From Eledone cirrhosa (lineage: Eukaryota), in contig OZ024755.1 of NCBI GenBank assembly GCA_964016885.1, positions 39,556,001-39,620,000 on the forward strand: DNA of 64,000 nucleotides, written 5' to 3'. Shown here piece by piece: positions 13,570-27,589 of the stretch. Below the pieces are notes generated by a model. That model was given only the letters and a program-made list of their open reading frames with translations. It was not told the origin of the DNA and searched no databases. Both the position numbers and the translations under genes were made by a program. The stretch's first letter is position 1, and each line of letters opens with the position of its first letter.

Positions 13570-14702
13570 AGAGCCAGTGGAGATGGCGTTGGTACAGATA
13601 TGTCTACACACAGACACACACACATGCGTGGTTTAGAGAAGGATGATATGTGTTGGTGATGTTGATGGTTGTGGAAGTATGGCGATGTGTCTGGTGGTGG
13701 TGGTGGTGGGTGCGACATGATATTTACAGGATCGAATTTTACGATGGATTACAGGTTAAAAAGTGACATAGGGAACACGGGGAAAACAAGGTAGTGAAAT
13801 GAGGGATGGTGGGCGTATGGCGATGTGTTTGTTGGTGGTGGTGGGGTGATTTGTTTGACAATTTATTTACAGGATCGGATATTACGATGGCTTACAAGAT
13901 AAAACCTGACAGAGAGGACATATAGAACACAATGGTACTGGGATGAGGAATGTATGGCGATGTGTCTGTTGCTGGCGGTGGTGGGGGTGATGAGTACGAC
14001 ATGATATTTACAAGGTATGATCTTACAATGGGTTACATGCTATAGAAGACAAATGTACTGAGATGAGAGACAGTGTGGTAAGGTAAAGGTGGTTAAAAAC
14101 ATTATTTACCGGTGCGATGTCACAGCTGGCCGAAAAGAGTACTCCTACAGAGGGGCGACCTCGACTACGTTTAAGGAGCGCTGGTATAACTACAAAAGCT
14201 CCTTCAAACACAGGCCCAAAAGATCCCAAACAAGACTGGTGGACATGATCTGGGACCTCAAAGACAAGAACATCGAATACCAGATCAAATGGTTAGTGAA
14301 AAAACGCGAGGACCAACTCCCCAACGACAGAAACCACTGCAAGTTATACCTGGCCTAGGCGACTGAGATCATTAAATTGAAATCGGCGATAAACTCAAGA
14401 TCTGACATAATTATAAACTGCAGACACACCGGGATGACCACCTTCTCTGCACAAACATTCGGCCGTGGGCCAGCCACTAACCTTGACTCAAAATAGGGAT
14501 AACTACCTTTTCCTTGCCACACCGTCCCTCATCTCAGTACATTTGTCTTCTATAACATGTAACCCCTTGTAAGATCAGATCTTGTAAATATCATGTCGCA
14601 ATCATCACCCCCACCACCGCCAGCAACAGACACAGGGCCATACATTCCTCATCCCAGTACCATTGTGTTCTATCTGTCCTCCCTGACAGGTTTTATCTTG
14701 TT
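12960..14702. mobile_element. Rearranged 3' fragment of a Naiad-like PLE
   Basis: + strand 14095-14450 encodes a GIY-YIG remnant (NIIYRC..YRGATSTTFKERWYNYKSSF..WDLKDKNI..CKLYLA*..CRH); 13895-14090 and 14505-14700 are inverted repeats; HHR at the left end. Confidence 0.8.
13012..13095 (-). ncRNA. Type I hammerhead ribozyme, intact core
   Basis: ggt-CTGACGA-gccg..cggc-GAAAC-gcgt-GTC-acc; quasi-palindromic stem III ACGCGTGT. Confidence 0.8.
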
Positions 14703-14821
14703 CTTGTAATTCAAATGGTCAGCCTTGTCTTTTATAGTTTACTGCTGACCTGGCCAGGAAATTACGGAATATTCAGCCACTTTAACTAATACAAGATACT
14801 CTATCCAGGTGATTCAAATTT

Positions 14822-15100
14822 CCACCACAACCACAACTACTACTAGTAATACTATTGCTGCTGCTACTACAACTACTACTACTAGTAATACTACTACCAC
14901 CACTATTACTACTACTACTATTACTACCACTACTATAACTACCACTACTACTAGTAATACTATTGCTGCTACTGCTACTACTACTACTACTACTACTACT
15001 GCTACTAATACTACTACTACTGCTACTACTGCTATTACTACAACTGCTGCTGCTACTATTGCTACTACTACTATTGCAGCTATTACTACTACAACCAAAT

Positions 15101-15195
<95 letters not shown>

Positions 15196-15212
15196 ACCAC
15201 CATCACCACCAT

Positions 15213-15306
<94 letters not shown>

Positions 15307-15330
15307 GCTGCTGCTACTGCTACTACTACA
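14822..15330. repeat. (ACT)n/(AAT)n compound microsatellite
   Basis: Direct reading. Confidence 0.95.
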
Positions 15331-15773
15331 TCAGTCAATATTCCTCCAAACACATGATTCCATGATATATAAAATCAAGATTATAAATAAAAGTTGTTTC
15401 TACCAACATATTGATATTCCAACTGGTTCTCCATTCTCTACCATATTCTCATTCCTATCAGCTACCAAACATCAAATTAAATCTTATTCAACTGTTTACA
15501 TGCAACCAATTTCCTGGACATGTATCTAGTACGTAAGAGTTAACTTCCCCTTCCTTCTAACTTCTACACCTATTTCCTGGATACACATGTGAGAATTACC
15601 TTCCCATCTCTACTTCTATACGTAACGATTGCTGTCTTCTCCTGAATGTGTCTACGGGAATGTCTGGTTTGGTGAAGTTTTAGATACACCTTACCATCGT
15701 CTCATATACACACCCACGTTAATATATCTATGTGTCTTTCTGTATGCATCTATATATGTATATATACATATAA

Positions 15774-15897
<124 letters not shown>

Positions 15898-16802
15898 AGA
15901 GTATTGAAGTTTGCTTGAAGCATTGTGGAATAATAGGTAAATATCTTTAAGTCGTTTGGAAGCCTCGACAATGAAAATGGGTAAATCTCCGGGTAACAAG
16001 ATCCGGTGGTGAAGAGAGAGATGTAAGTGGGTGTACGTTGAGATGCGTGGTGTGTATAAGACGTGTAGAGGAATGAAGGAAAGAGTATAATGGATAAAAT
16101 TAAAATAACAACACGAGAAAGAGTTACCTTGGGAGAGATTTAATTGTCCCTATATATTTCGGATTCACATCCATCAACTGGGGTTTTTTCCGGGGTGGGG
16201 AAAGGTTGTCTGTCGAAAGGTGCGAAACGCGTCCTTCTCTGTTTGTTGTTTTATATATTTAAAGGTTAAACGAGGTTCAACGAATAAATCAAAGAATGAG
16301 TTTTACTCATGGATACTTCTAGAAAATTCAAAGATTCGAGTTTACTCTTTCACAAAGCTATGCCCAAATATATATTCATGTATTTATAAAGATATATATA
16401 TATATATATTTGCATCATCTAATCACACCCTATTCACGACAATACAAATCACCCTATGCTTTATACTATAAAAATTATTCCTCCTTGTCTCTCTATCCTT
16501 AATCAATTCTCTTTTGCTTTCTATATTTCTAGTAACTATATTTTTCCTCATCTGTTTCTCTCTGTCTTTCTTCTTTCTTTCTTCTTTCTTAAATAATTTA
16601 AATTATTTGAATCTCTAATAGTTATGTAAATTGCTATTATGTATTTTTAAGCTTTCTCACACGCACCCCTCTGTATTATATGTAAATTTTCTCATGTCTC
16701 GATCCTAAGGTATATAAATATTGAGTTTTGTCATATCTTATTCACTACCATGACTGAATCTTAACCATCTACTAAGTCAGGGTATGCCATGCATCATCTT
16801 AC

Positions 16803-16863
16803 TTTATCTGATGAGGACGTACTGTTGAAGATATCTTAGTACCTCTGAAATATGTATAATAAA
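16803..16863 (+). ncRNA. Type I hammerhead ribozyme
   Basis: tttat-CTGATGA-ggacgtact..agtacctct-GAAA-tatgta-TA-ataaa; AUA site, quasi-palindromic stem III. Confidence 0.8.
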
Positions 16864-17038
16864 ATATACTTGATCACACGAATGTCTATATTTGTTAATA
16901 TTTTGAATTAATATATATATATATATATAATATAAAATCAAAAGATGGTTAAAAGAGTTCCATGTATTTTATAATGCGCATTTCAAAAACAAATATCTTC
17001 ATGGGATGATATTTGCGTTCTCATTAAAACTCACCTCC

Positions 17039-17099
<61 letters not shown>

Positions 17100-17101
<2 letters not shown>

Positions 17102-17282
17102 CGAAGGAGTTGTGGTAAGGAACCAGATGGACCATAACGCACCAGAGTACTCAATACGTAGGGTAGTAGAGTGGGTAATAGGAAAATGTATGACCCCGAC
17201 GGCAAAGCTCAAACCGATTCGACAGTCATCTCTGGACGTCGAAACGGTTTGATCTCTGCCGTCGGGGTCATACATTTTCTTA
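17100..17282 (-). mobile_element. Fold-back pLTR insertion (family C)
   Basis: Same tail and hairpin layout as 10385-10580. Confidence 0.7.
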
Positions 17283-17387
17283 TATATATATATATATATA
17301 TATATATTACGAGCTGAGGTTCCGCTAAGGTGAAACAATTGTTCTCGGTATGGTGAACTAACTGTCCTGTAACCACTTATATATATA

Positions 17388-17518
17388 CAGGTAGAAGGAG
17401 CAACGTGAAATAAAGTGTCTTGCTCAAGGACATAACGCATCGCCTGTTCCAGGAATCAAACTCACAACCTTACGATTGCGAATCCAATTCTCTAACCCCT
17501 CAGCCACACGCCTTCATT
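17388..17518 (-). mobile_element. tRNA-derived SINE, type 2 (5' part)
   Basis: A-box TGGCTGAGGGG and B-box-like GAGTTTGATTCC, followed by GTCCTTGAGCAAGACACTT. Confidence 0.8.
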
Positions 17519-17547
17519 AAATATATATATATATATATATAATATAT

Positions 17548-18822
17548 AAGAACAAAAGATGGTTAAAGGAGTTCCATGTATTTTATTATGCGCATTTCAA
17601 AAACAAATATCATCATGCAATAATATTTGTGTTTTCATCAGATAAAACAGGAGGACATGATATGAAGGCTAAAAAACACTTGTGGATAGTTCAGTTTTAA
17701 ATCAACATATGAGAAGTAGTTTTAGATTGATGTGTGATATTGGGAAAAATGTTTTATTTAGAGGGGGGTGGGGTGGAAAGGATGAAAAAAAGAGGAGGAG
17801 ATGAGAGTGAAGGTGGAGAGGGAGGAGTATAATGAGGAAGGATGAGATAGGAGGAGAGATGGGTGATAGAGAGAGAGAGATAGTTTTTATAACTGAGAAA
17901 GATATATTGTTTTACATAGAGAGGTTGAAAACCGTTGGAAGATAATGTATAAATTAAAAGAATTTGAAAATTAACGAAGGGAAAAATATGTGCGAAGAAG
18001 GAGAGGGAGTTAATATGTATTGAGAATAATGAGTTTGATGATAGAGAGAAGAGAATAATGAATTGCGGATGAATATTCTAACGTCAAAAAAAAATGTATA
18101 TGTTTACGAAGGATTTTTATAAGGTGATATAGAGTAAGAATGTGTTGTATTATGTAATAATTGATTCTATGTTAGGCAAGAGTGAGAAAAGGTACAGATT
18201 AGGGGTTAGATATTAGAAGAGAGGAAAAGGAAGTGATAAATATGGGTGGTGTAGAAAGAGTCAACAAGTATTATGGAAATTTGAAAATTAACGAAGAGAA
18301 AAAAAATTTAAAGTTAAGGTTTGTATATTGAAGGATTTGAGAAAAATAATGTGAAGTTAAGGTTTGTATATTGAAGGAATTGATAATATGTGCGAAGAAA
18401 AAGAAAATGTTAATATGTATTGAGAATGAGTTAGATGATAGGGAGAAAAAAATAATGAATTAAGGATGAATAATCTAGCGTCAAAACAAATGTATATGTT
18501 TACGAAAGATTTTACAAGGTGATATAGAGTAAGGGTAATGAGTAAACAAGTATTATAGAATGTATAATACCCTTTGAAATAAGGTAGGAAGATGGGTATA
18601 TTTTTAAAAGAGGTGTATGTATATGTGCCTTTGAGAAAAAGATTCTAAATTGATAAAGAATTGAATATTAGCTGTATACTTCTAAATTGATAAAGAATTG
18701 AATATTAGCTGTATACTTCCTTTTCTTCTCTTCTAATATCTAACCCCTAATCTGTACCTTTTCTCACTCTTGCCTAACATAGAATCAATTATTACATAAT
18801 ACAACACATTCGTACTCTATAT
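17548..18822 (-). mobile_element. 3' UTR/pLTR fragment of a PLE related to family A, HHR at 17581-17647
   Basis: End matches 50090-50230; ttttat-CTGATGA..GAAA-tgcgca-TA-ataaaa; 18128-18235 is inverted at 18715-18822; ATTAGCTGTATACT is shared with the PLE ORF end at 51318. Confidence 0.7.
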
Positions 18823-20818
18823 ACGCTGAGAAAGCCAGCGTAATTTTTTTAATTTTTGCACGCAGAAAATGTAAACAGAACGTAAGACGCTCAATGTAAA
18901 CAGAACAAAGGGAAATAACTCGTCACTCACGCTCAAAAATCGATACATTAGATTCGATTTCGTCACATAGGGAGGGTCAATTTGGAATATTTTTTTTCCG
19001 ATGTCTTCGCTAGGGCTCAATGTACAAGTATAGCAATTTCGGTGCAATTCCGTCAGAGATTCTAAGAGGAGATGTGTGCCAAAAATCGATAGACAGACAG
19101 ACAACCACAGCTTTATATATATAGAACAAAGGGAAATAACTCGTCACTTACGCTCAAAAATCGATACATTAGATTCGATTTCGTCACATAGGGTGGGTCA
19201 ATTTGAAATATTTTTTTCTGATGTCTTCGCTAGGGCTCAATGTACAAGTATAGCAATTTCGGTGCAATTCCGTCAGAGATTCTAAGAGGAGATGTGTGCC
19301 AAAAATCGATAGACAGACAGACAACCACAGCTTTATATATATAGATGACATAATCAAAAACAAGAACTTATTTGAAAATTTATTTGACCGATGGTTCCGC
19401 CGGACCTTCATCTATAAGTGTAGCAATTTCACCGAAATTTGAACGTACGGTTTAAGAGAAGATGTGTGCCGAAGGTTTTAGTAGACAGACAGACAACCTC
19501 AGTTTTATATATATAGATGACATAATCAAAAACAAGAACTTATTTGAAAATGTATTTGACCGATGGTTCCGCCGGACCTTCATCTATAAGTGTAGCAATT
19601 TCACCGAAATTTGAACGTACGGTTTAAGAGGAGATGTGTGCCGAAGGTTTTAGTAGACAGACAGACAACCTCAGTTTTATATATATACTAGCAGTAAAGC
19701 CCGGCGTTGCTCGGGGTCGCTCAGTAGCTGTGTTAAAGTTACAATGTTAAGTTTCTTTCTTGGCTTAAAAACTGTAGTGTCTACTGTGCAGACTTGCATG
19801 TGGTGTTTTTGATTAATATTCCCTCAACCAACAATATGCCTTATGAAGTTAAGAAAACATAACGATAACCCGAATGTTATAACAAAAGAGGATGCTGGGG
19901 ATAGAAACTGCACTGGTTATTTATTAACAAAGATCGAAAATGTAAACACTGCAACGCAGAGAAAAACATTAGCGTAACCAAATTATCAGTTATGTCTGTC
20001 TGCATGCCTATATCACCTCTCTGCACGACTGTCTGTCTGCACGCCTATATCACCTCTCTGCACGACTGTCTGTCTGCACGCCTATATCACCTCTCTGCAC
20101 GACTATCTGTCTGCACGCGTATATCACCTCTCTGCACGACTGTCTGTCTGCACGCCTAACGACGAAATATTTGCTTGTTTTACGTAGTCTTTAAATAGAC
20201 TTGTTTTCAAGTAAAAATATTGTTTTAAAATGCTTTTAAATGGAAATGAAGCAAAACGGAAGCTTAGTGTTCGAACTGATGAATTTTGCAGGTCAATATT
20301 TTGCTGGCTCGACAACTGTCTGTTCGTGTATTGTGTTAATGTCATTTTAAACGCTGAGAAAGCCAGCGTAATTTTTTACGTAAGACGCTCAATGTAAACA
20401 GAACAAAGGGAAATAACTGATAACTTACGCTCAAAAATCGATACATTATATTCGATTTCGTCACATAGGGTGGGTCAATTTGAAATTATTTTTTTCCGAT
20501 GTCTTCGCTAGGGCTGAATGTACAAGTATAGCAATTTCGGTGCAATTCCGTGAGAGATTCTAAGAGGAGATGTGTGCCAAAAATCGATAGACAGACAGAC
20601 AACCACAGTTTTATATATATAGATAGATAGATAGATATATATATAGATGACATAATCAAAAACAAGAACTTATTTGAAAATTTATTTGACCGATGGTTCC
20701 GCCGGACCTTCATCTATAAGTGTAGCAATTTCACCGAAATTTGAACGTACGGTTTAAGAGGAGATGTGTGCCGAAGGTTTTAGTAGACAGACATACAACC
20801 TCAGTTTTATATATATAT
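18823..20818 (-). mobile_element. Non-autonomous Helitron cluster
   Basis: 3' end CCCGAGCAACGCCGGG hairpin + 8 nt + CTAG|T at 19688; several A|TCTATATATATAAA 5'-type ends (~19123, 19344, 19516, 20622); duplicated modules. Confidence 0.75.
19995..20157. repeat. 37-bp minisatellite inside the Helitron, about 4.4 copies
   Basis: Unit CTGTCTGTCTGCACGCCTATATCACCTCTCTGCACGA. Confidence 0.9.
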
Positions 20819-20821
20819 TGA

Positions 20822-20952
20822 ATGAAGGCGTGTGGCTGAGTGGTTAGAGAATTGGATTCGCAATCGTAAGTTTGTGAGTTCGATTCCTGGACCAGACGAT
20901 GCGTTATGTCCTTGAGCAAGACACTTTATTTCCCGTTGCTCCTTCTACCTGG
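20822..20952 (+). mobile_element. tRNA-derived SINE, type 2 (5' part)
   Basis: A-box TGGCTGAGTGG, B-box GAGTTCGATTCC, then GTCCTTGAGCAAGACACTT. Confidence 0.85.
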
Positions 20953-21328
20953 AGTTGCGACCGATAGATACTATTAGCAATTGGAAAGACCAACGGAAAC
21001 ATTGTTCGCTCGGTCCGATTTGACGAAAGTCGATCGTTCATTTTTTTATATGTATATAATTAGTATTGGTGCTCTGAAATAGCGATGTGTATATGAATGT
21101 ACGTATAGTATATCTAATAATACAATGCGTTTATTTAAAAACGTTTTGAAGACCATTCGCTTTGAATTTTAAAGTAGTAGCTACCTCAACATAGTCCACT
21201 TGACATCTCTCAACCTGGCCGCGACTGTGGTTCCTCAGACTAGATTTGCTCAAGCAAATCTTTCCACACTCAGCGCACACCTAATTCAATGGAGACACCG
21301 ATCGTTTCGAGAGATGCACATACATGAA

Positions 21329-21394
<66 letters not shown>

Positions 21395-22336
21395 TATACA
21401 TATATATGGGAGGGGCTGTAAGTATGCATATGTATTTGCAATAAGAAGGTAATCACGTCACCTTCTTACACGATGATATACGTTGATGTATTTGTGTATA
21501 TGATAGAGGACTTATTCAGTGAAAATATGTTTGAATATAGCGGCAGAAATCGATGTTTATAACTGGCCTTGAGGATATGAGAATAAGGAATAGAACAGCA
21601 GAGATGTCCAATTAATGTTATATAAACATGCTTTCAGAAACTGTCTTTAAGATTTAACGGAAATTACATTTCACTTATTATTTCCTGCTATGTAAAACTG
21701 TATGTTAATTCCACAGAAAGATTGTAATCTGGTGTAGAGACTGTTTGCGTTAGTCGCCATATTGATGACTCCATGGACGCCGAATATATGGTGTGTAGAA
21801 GTCATTGGTGAAACAATATGGGAACAGAATCTGGCTGGAGCATTAAGACAGGACACAGACCAACAACGTGCTATCTCGAAATTGATATTCACTAACTATT
21901 TTTCAATATATATATATATAATATATAAGATCAAAAGATGGTTAAATGAGTTCCATGTATTTTATTATGCGCATGATCTTATATATTATATATTATGTAT
22001 ACGCATGATCTTATATATTATATATTATGTATACTCCAGTCCTACAAACTGTAGAGTGCTTCTTATCCGATATCTGCATTGCTTTATTGTACTACAATAA
22101 AACAGACCTCCTACATATATATATATATATATATATATATGTTTGGTTGGTCACCGTTCTGACCAACTCGTTTGACTACCAGCGTATCATGAAAAATCAT
22201 ACATCTCCTATGTATTTTGTCTGACAAGGACATGTTCTGTTTTATGTTATACGTAAACCTTGCATCTTCGAAATATATATAATGAAATAAATAGAGATGA
22301 TATGAATTATATAACTTTCGTTTACTACTACTACTA

Positions 22337-22429
<93 letters not shown>

Positions 22430-22704
22430 TGTGAATATATATATATACACTTACATCATTTGTACAGTGTAATCCAAGATGATTCTACCTGTAATTCACA
22501 ACACCTTCATTTTTGTACATGCTGTCCCACTGAATCTTTCCAAGAATGTCATTTAAGTTACACGCGTCTGTTATAACAACTGGAACACTCATCGTTGAAA
22601 TTGATGGAGGTCCATTCTATTTGTGAAATATTATAGATAACATAAAGACGGAAGAGCCACCTGCTTTGACTGAGGTCAAGTGGTGGACAACAATATTTTC
22701 AATA

Positions 22705-23032
22705 GAGAGAAGACACCCTTCGCTCGCAAATGACCACGGGATTTGCACCTAGAAAGTTTTCCTCCGAGGTACAAGTCCAGGCAAGGTTATTTTGGAAGAC
22801 CAGCAGTCACCCATGCATACCAACCTCCCCCTCTCCAGGCCACCAATGTCGTCCAAGGGAAAGGCAATGGCCGATACAGCTTGGCATCAGTGACATCGCA
22901 ACTCATTTCTACAGCTGAGGGAACTGGAGCAACGTGAAATAAAGTGTTTTGGTCGAGAACACAACACATCACCCGGTCCGAGAATCGAACTCACAACCTT
23001 CCAATTGCAAGCCCGATATTTAACCACTAAAC
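22705..23032 (-). mobile_element. tRNA-derived SINE, type 2-related (longer copy)
   Basis: GAGTTCGATTCTC B-box and CACTTTATTTCACGTTGCTCCAG on the minus strand; more degenerate copies at 25520-25785, 28790-28995 and 31990-32155. Confidence 0.65.
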
Positions 23033-23216
23033 CAATATCGTTATATACTGTTATATAGATGATGGTATATATTGTATGTTATGTATTGTTATGTATTGTT
23101 ATGTATTGTTATATATCGTATGTTGTATATTGTTATATATTGTATGTTATATATTGTATGTTGTATATTATTATATATTGTATGTTATATATTGTAAGTT
23201 ATATATTGTATGTTAT

Positions 23217-23260
23217 ACTAGCAGGATGGCCCGGCGTTGCTCTGGATTTACTCTAGGGTT
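23217..23260 (-). mobile_element. Helitron 3' terminus
   Basis: CCAGAGCAACGCCGGG-ccatcctg-CTAG|T, same layout as 19688. Confidence 0.65.
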
Positions 23261-23506
23261 CTTATATATTTGATACATATTTATCCTTATCGAGCCTCGT
23301 GGAATAAATACGTTTGTTTATATTTCGTTATTGTGTATGCAAAAATATCTGTACACGAATATATAATTATATATATATGTATATATTAAAATAACAGATT
23401 AAAGTTTAAGCAAAGAATCGCTGCTTTCACCCTTAACGGGATCTTCTGAAACTAAAATAATAAATATGTGAACGCAGATGTAAATATTTCGAAAAACGTT
23501 ACGCAC

Positions 23507-23623
<117 letters not shown>

Positions 23624-23672
23624 AATGAAATAAATATGGTTTTATAAATATAGTTTCCATTTGTTTAATATC

Positions 23673-23707
<35 letters not shown>

Positions 23708-23804
23708 CACACACTATATATACATATATATACACATACACACACCGCGTCATAATGACGTAATGCAGACAGCCAGACATACAGACAGATATCATAAGGG
23801 TGCA

Positions 23805-23920
23805 CCGTTCAAATCCGGCCGAGCTTAACATTGCCTTTCATCCTTACGGGGTCGATAAAATAAAGTACCAGTAATGCACTGAGTAATTGCTGGCCTTGTG
23901 CCAAAAGTAGAAACAATTAT
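23805..23920 (+). mobile_element. tRNA-derived SINE, type 1 (3' part)
   Basis: GCCTTTCATCCTTACGGGGTCGATAAAATAAAGTACCAG core. Confidence 0.8.
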
Positions 23921-24100
23921 AAGGGCGCAACGTAATATCTATGTATCTATCTAAAAAGAGAAAGACTAAGAATTGCCTTTCCCTTTGACATCATGGAGAG
24001 GGTGAGGCTTGTATGTATGGGTGACTGCTGGTCTTCCATAAATAACCCTGCCCAGGCTTGTGCCACGGAGGGAAACTTTATACCGTATATATCTATCTAT

Positions 24101-24787
24101 CTAAGGCGGGTAAAATTCCCGAGATCCATGGACGAGTTCTCTCCAGCGGTCTCTGTCCCTCATTATCACTGCCATGTCCTGCATCTCCAACAGACCAGTG
24201 TCTGTCCTTAGGGCATCAACATACGTTAACCTTTGTCTTCCTCTTCTAGTGTGTCCATGTAGGGGCTCCCAAAGGAGCACTGAGTGCAATGTCAACTCTG
24301 GATGTCGGTGGGCATGTCCAGCTAACCTCAGTCTCCTCTGTGTCAGTTTTGAGCTGACTCTTGGGATGCTCCCATACAGCTCTGAGTTTTTCATCATCAG
24401 TGTATTCTGATTAATGTTCAGAGCCATCCTCAGCATTCTCGTGTAGCACCCATCCACCATCTGAGTGAGTTTCTTGGTCAGTGTCCAAGTCTCAGACCCA
24501 GACAGCAGCACAGACTCCACTACAGCAATGAAGAGGCGGACTTTCAGGTCTTTACAAAGGTCCGACTTCCACACCGATCTCAAGCTGTGGCACACCGCCC
24601 AGGCTTTGCTCTTCCTCTCAACCACATCATCTTCCGTATTCCCAATCTTTGCTCCCAAATACAGGAAGACCTCAACCAATTCTAGCGGCTTCCCGCCTAC
24701 ATTAGTGATCCCCTCTGGCTTCTCAACATTCTCTACCAGATATTTTGTTTTAGTCTCATTCATTCTCAGCCCCACACTCATCGACAC
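24101..24787 (-). mobile_element. 5'-truncated RTE/RTE-X-like LINE (RT C-terminus)
   Basis: GLRMNETKTK, FLYLG, VESVLLSGSETWTL, RRLRLAGH, RRGRQR, RDRDRWR are typical RTE-clade C-terminal motifs. Confidence 0.9.
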
Positions 24788-24829
24788 ATATATATACAGT
24801 GTTATATTTTATATATAAGTTATATCTAC

Positions 24830-25515
24830 CGTTATAAGTTATATCTACCGTTATATATATTAAATATCACGTTATACTTTATATCTAAAGTGTTATTTAT
24901 CATACATAATATGTATACCTCTTGTGTTATATATATTATATATTACATGTTATACTTTATATCTATAGTGCTATATATTATATATAACATGTATATCTAC
25001 AGTGTTATATATATTATATATCACATGTTATATTGTATATCTATAGTGCTATATATTATATATAACATGTATATCTACAGTGTTATATATATTATATATC
25101 ACATGTTATATTGTATATCTATAGTGCTATATATTATATATAACATGTATATCTACAGTGTTATATATATTATATATCACATGTTATATTGTATATCTAT
25201 AGTGCTATAAATTATATATAACATGTATATCTACAGTGTTATATATATTATATATAACATGTTATACTCTATATCTATAATGCTATATATTACATATAAC
25301 ATGTATATCTACAGTGTTATATATATTATATATCACATGTTATACTCTATATCCTGTAGTGTTATATATTACGTTAAACTCTGTATCCACAGTGTAATAT
25401 ATTATATATAACATGTTAAACTGTATATCCAGAGTGTTATATATTATATATACCATGTTAAACTGTATGCCCACAGTGTTATATATTATATAACACATGT
25501 CATACTGTATATCCA
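24830..25515. repeat. AT-rich minisatellite, 78-bp period built from two related subunits
   Basis: GTATATCTACAGTG recurs at 24991, 25069 and 25147; the array degenerates at both ends. Confidence 0.85.
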
Positions 25516-25981
25516 AAGTAAGTCTCAAACCTGGAAAGTCATTTGACCAGTGTTTATACCAGTTTTCTTGACATTAAGTGACTTAGAGTACAAGATTTTC
25601 TCATGGATTGGACGCTAGTCCTTCACAGGCTTAATTCCCCAGCTACTGCTAGTACACATTTCCAACTGAGTATACAGGAGCAATGTAAAATGAAGTCTTT
25701 TGCTCACGAACACAACATACAACCCAGTCAAGCAATTGAACCTACGACATTATAATCGTAAATCCAACACACTTACCACTATACCATGCAAAACTACATA
25801 TATATACCTACATATATAAGTACATACATAGATACATATATACATAGATACATATATAAATACATACATAGATATCTATATACCTACATATATACATACA
25901 TACATAGATACTTACATAGATACATATATACATACATATATACACACATATATAAATACATACATAGATACATATATACAT

Positions 25982-27252
25982 ACATGGTGGCTGCCAACTC
26001 GTTTTCGAGTACGGCCACTACTTTATATCCATGTAGGAGAACCCCTACCGATGCGCTGAACAAGTGTGACTTTTTAGTCCAGCCAGCGACTTAAAAACTC
26101 TGGTACAAACACTACACTTGTGACAATTATTGACACATAGTGCTGGGCCAAAGGTACCATGTGACGACAAGTGCAGAGTGATCTCCAGATATAAAGCAAT
26201 GCCTGTGCCGTGAAGCTTTTATAGTGAGCAAAGGCACTGCACAAAGCCAGTCCCACTCTCTTAACCAAGATGATATTTACCAAAAAGAAGAACAAGTCAA
26301 CATCATTGGATACCATCAGGGTTGCAGGTGTTATATCAGAGTTTTCCTTCTCCTAGAATTCTGCCTTGACAAAGGCCAAGGGGTCATCTCTCCCGGTTAT
26401 TTTGGATGGCCATTGACTCTTAAGAGCTCCTTTGCCCTTTGACAGGTTTTGTTTTTAGTCCTGCAGGATGTCCAAAGACACCCTCCTCACCAAGAAACCT
26501 TGGTGGGGTTGCCAGTTTAGTCGCCAACCACCCGACCATGAGACAGGTTGTACTGGGATACATGTTACCAGTAGCACCAACTGGTGACCTGACATATACA
26601 TATATACATATACATGGTGGCTGCCAACTCGTTTTCGAGTACGGCCACTACTTTTTATCCATGTAGGATAACCCCTACCGAAGCGCTGAACGAGTGTGAC
26701 TTTTTAGTCCAGCCAGCGACTTGAAACGTCTGGTACAAACACTACACTTGTGACAATTATTGACACATAGTGCTGGGCCCATGGTAGGACAATTATTGAC
26801 ACATAGTGCTGGGCCCATGTGAGGACAAGTGCAGAGAGATCTCCAGATATAAAGCAATGCCTGTGCCGTGAAGCTTTTATAGTGAGCAAAGGCACTGCAC
26901 AAAGCCAGTCCCACTCTCTTAACCAAGATGATATTTACCAAAAAGAAGAACAAGTCAACATCATTGGATACCATCAGGGTTGCAGGTGTTATATCAGAGT
27001 TTTCCTTCTCCTAGAATTCTGCCTTGACAAAGGCCAAGGGGTCATCTCTCCCGGTTATTTTGGATGGCCATTGACTCTTAAGAGCTCCTTTGCCCTTTGA
27101 CAGGTTTTGTTTTTAGTCCTGCAGGATGTCCAAAGTCACCCTCCTCACCAAGAAACCTTGGTGGGGTTGCCAGTTTAGTCGCCAACGACCCGACCATGAG
27201 ACAGGTTGTACTGGGTTACATGTTACCAGTAGCACCAACTGGTGACCTGACA
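25982..27252 (-). mobile_element. Tandem pair of the bipartite RTE derivative
   Basis: Two ~615-640-bp copies (25982-26595, 26612-27252) separated by a short ATAC tract; the second has a ~37-bp internal duplication at 26750-26820. Confidence 0.8.
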
Positions 27253-27589
27253 TATACATATATACATATACATATATACATACATACATATATACATATA
27301 TACATACATATATACATACATACATATATACATATATACATACATACATATATACATATATACATATATACATACAGATACACACATATATACATATATA
27401 AATACATACATATATACATATATACATACAGATACACACATACATACATATATACATACATACATATATACATACATATACACACATATATACATATATA
27501 AATACATACATAGATACATATATACAGATATACCTACACACATACATATGTACCTACATAAATGCTTACATACATTTATATACACATAT

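Noticed and set aside
14809-15529. Mucin-like poly-Thr or poly-Leu ORFs
   Set aside because: Pure trinucleotide microsatellite, open in several frames.
16145-16240. Degenerate hammerhead-like pieces (also ~7695, ~8135, ~23415, ~34060)
   Set aside because: Core or stems too damaged to call.
20822-20895. tRNA gene
   Set aside because: A and B boxes are present but it runs into SINE body sequence and lacks a convincing acceptor stem.
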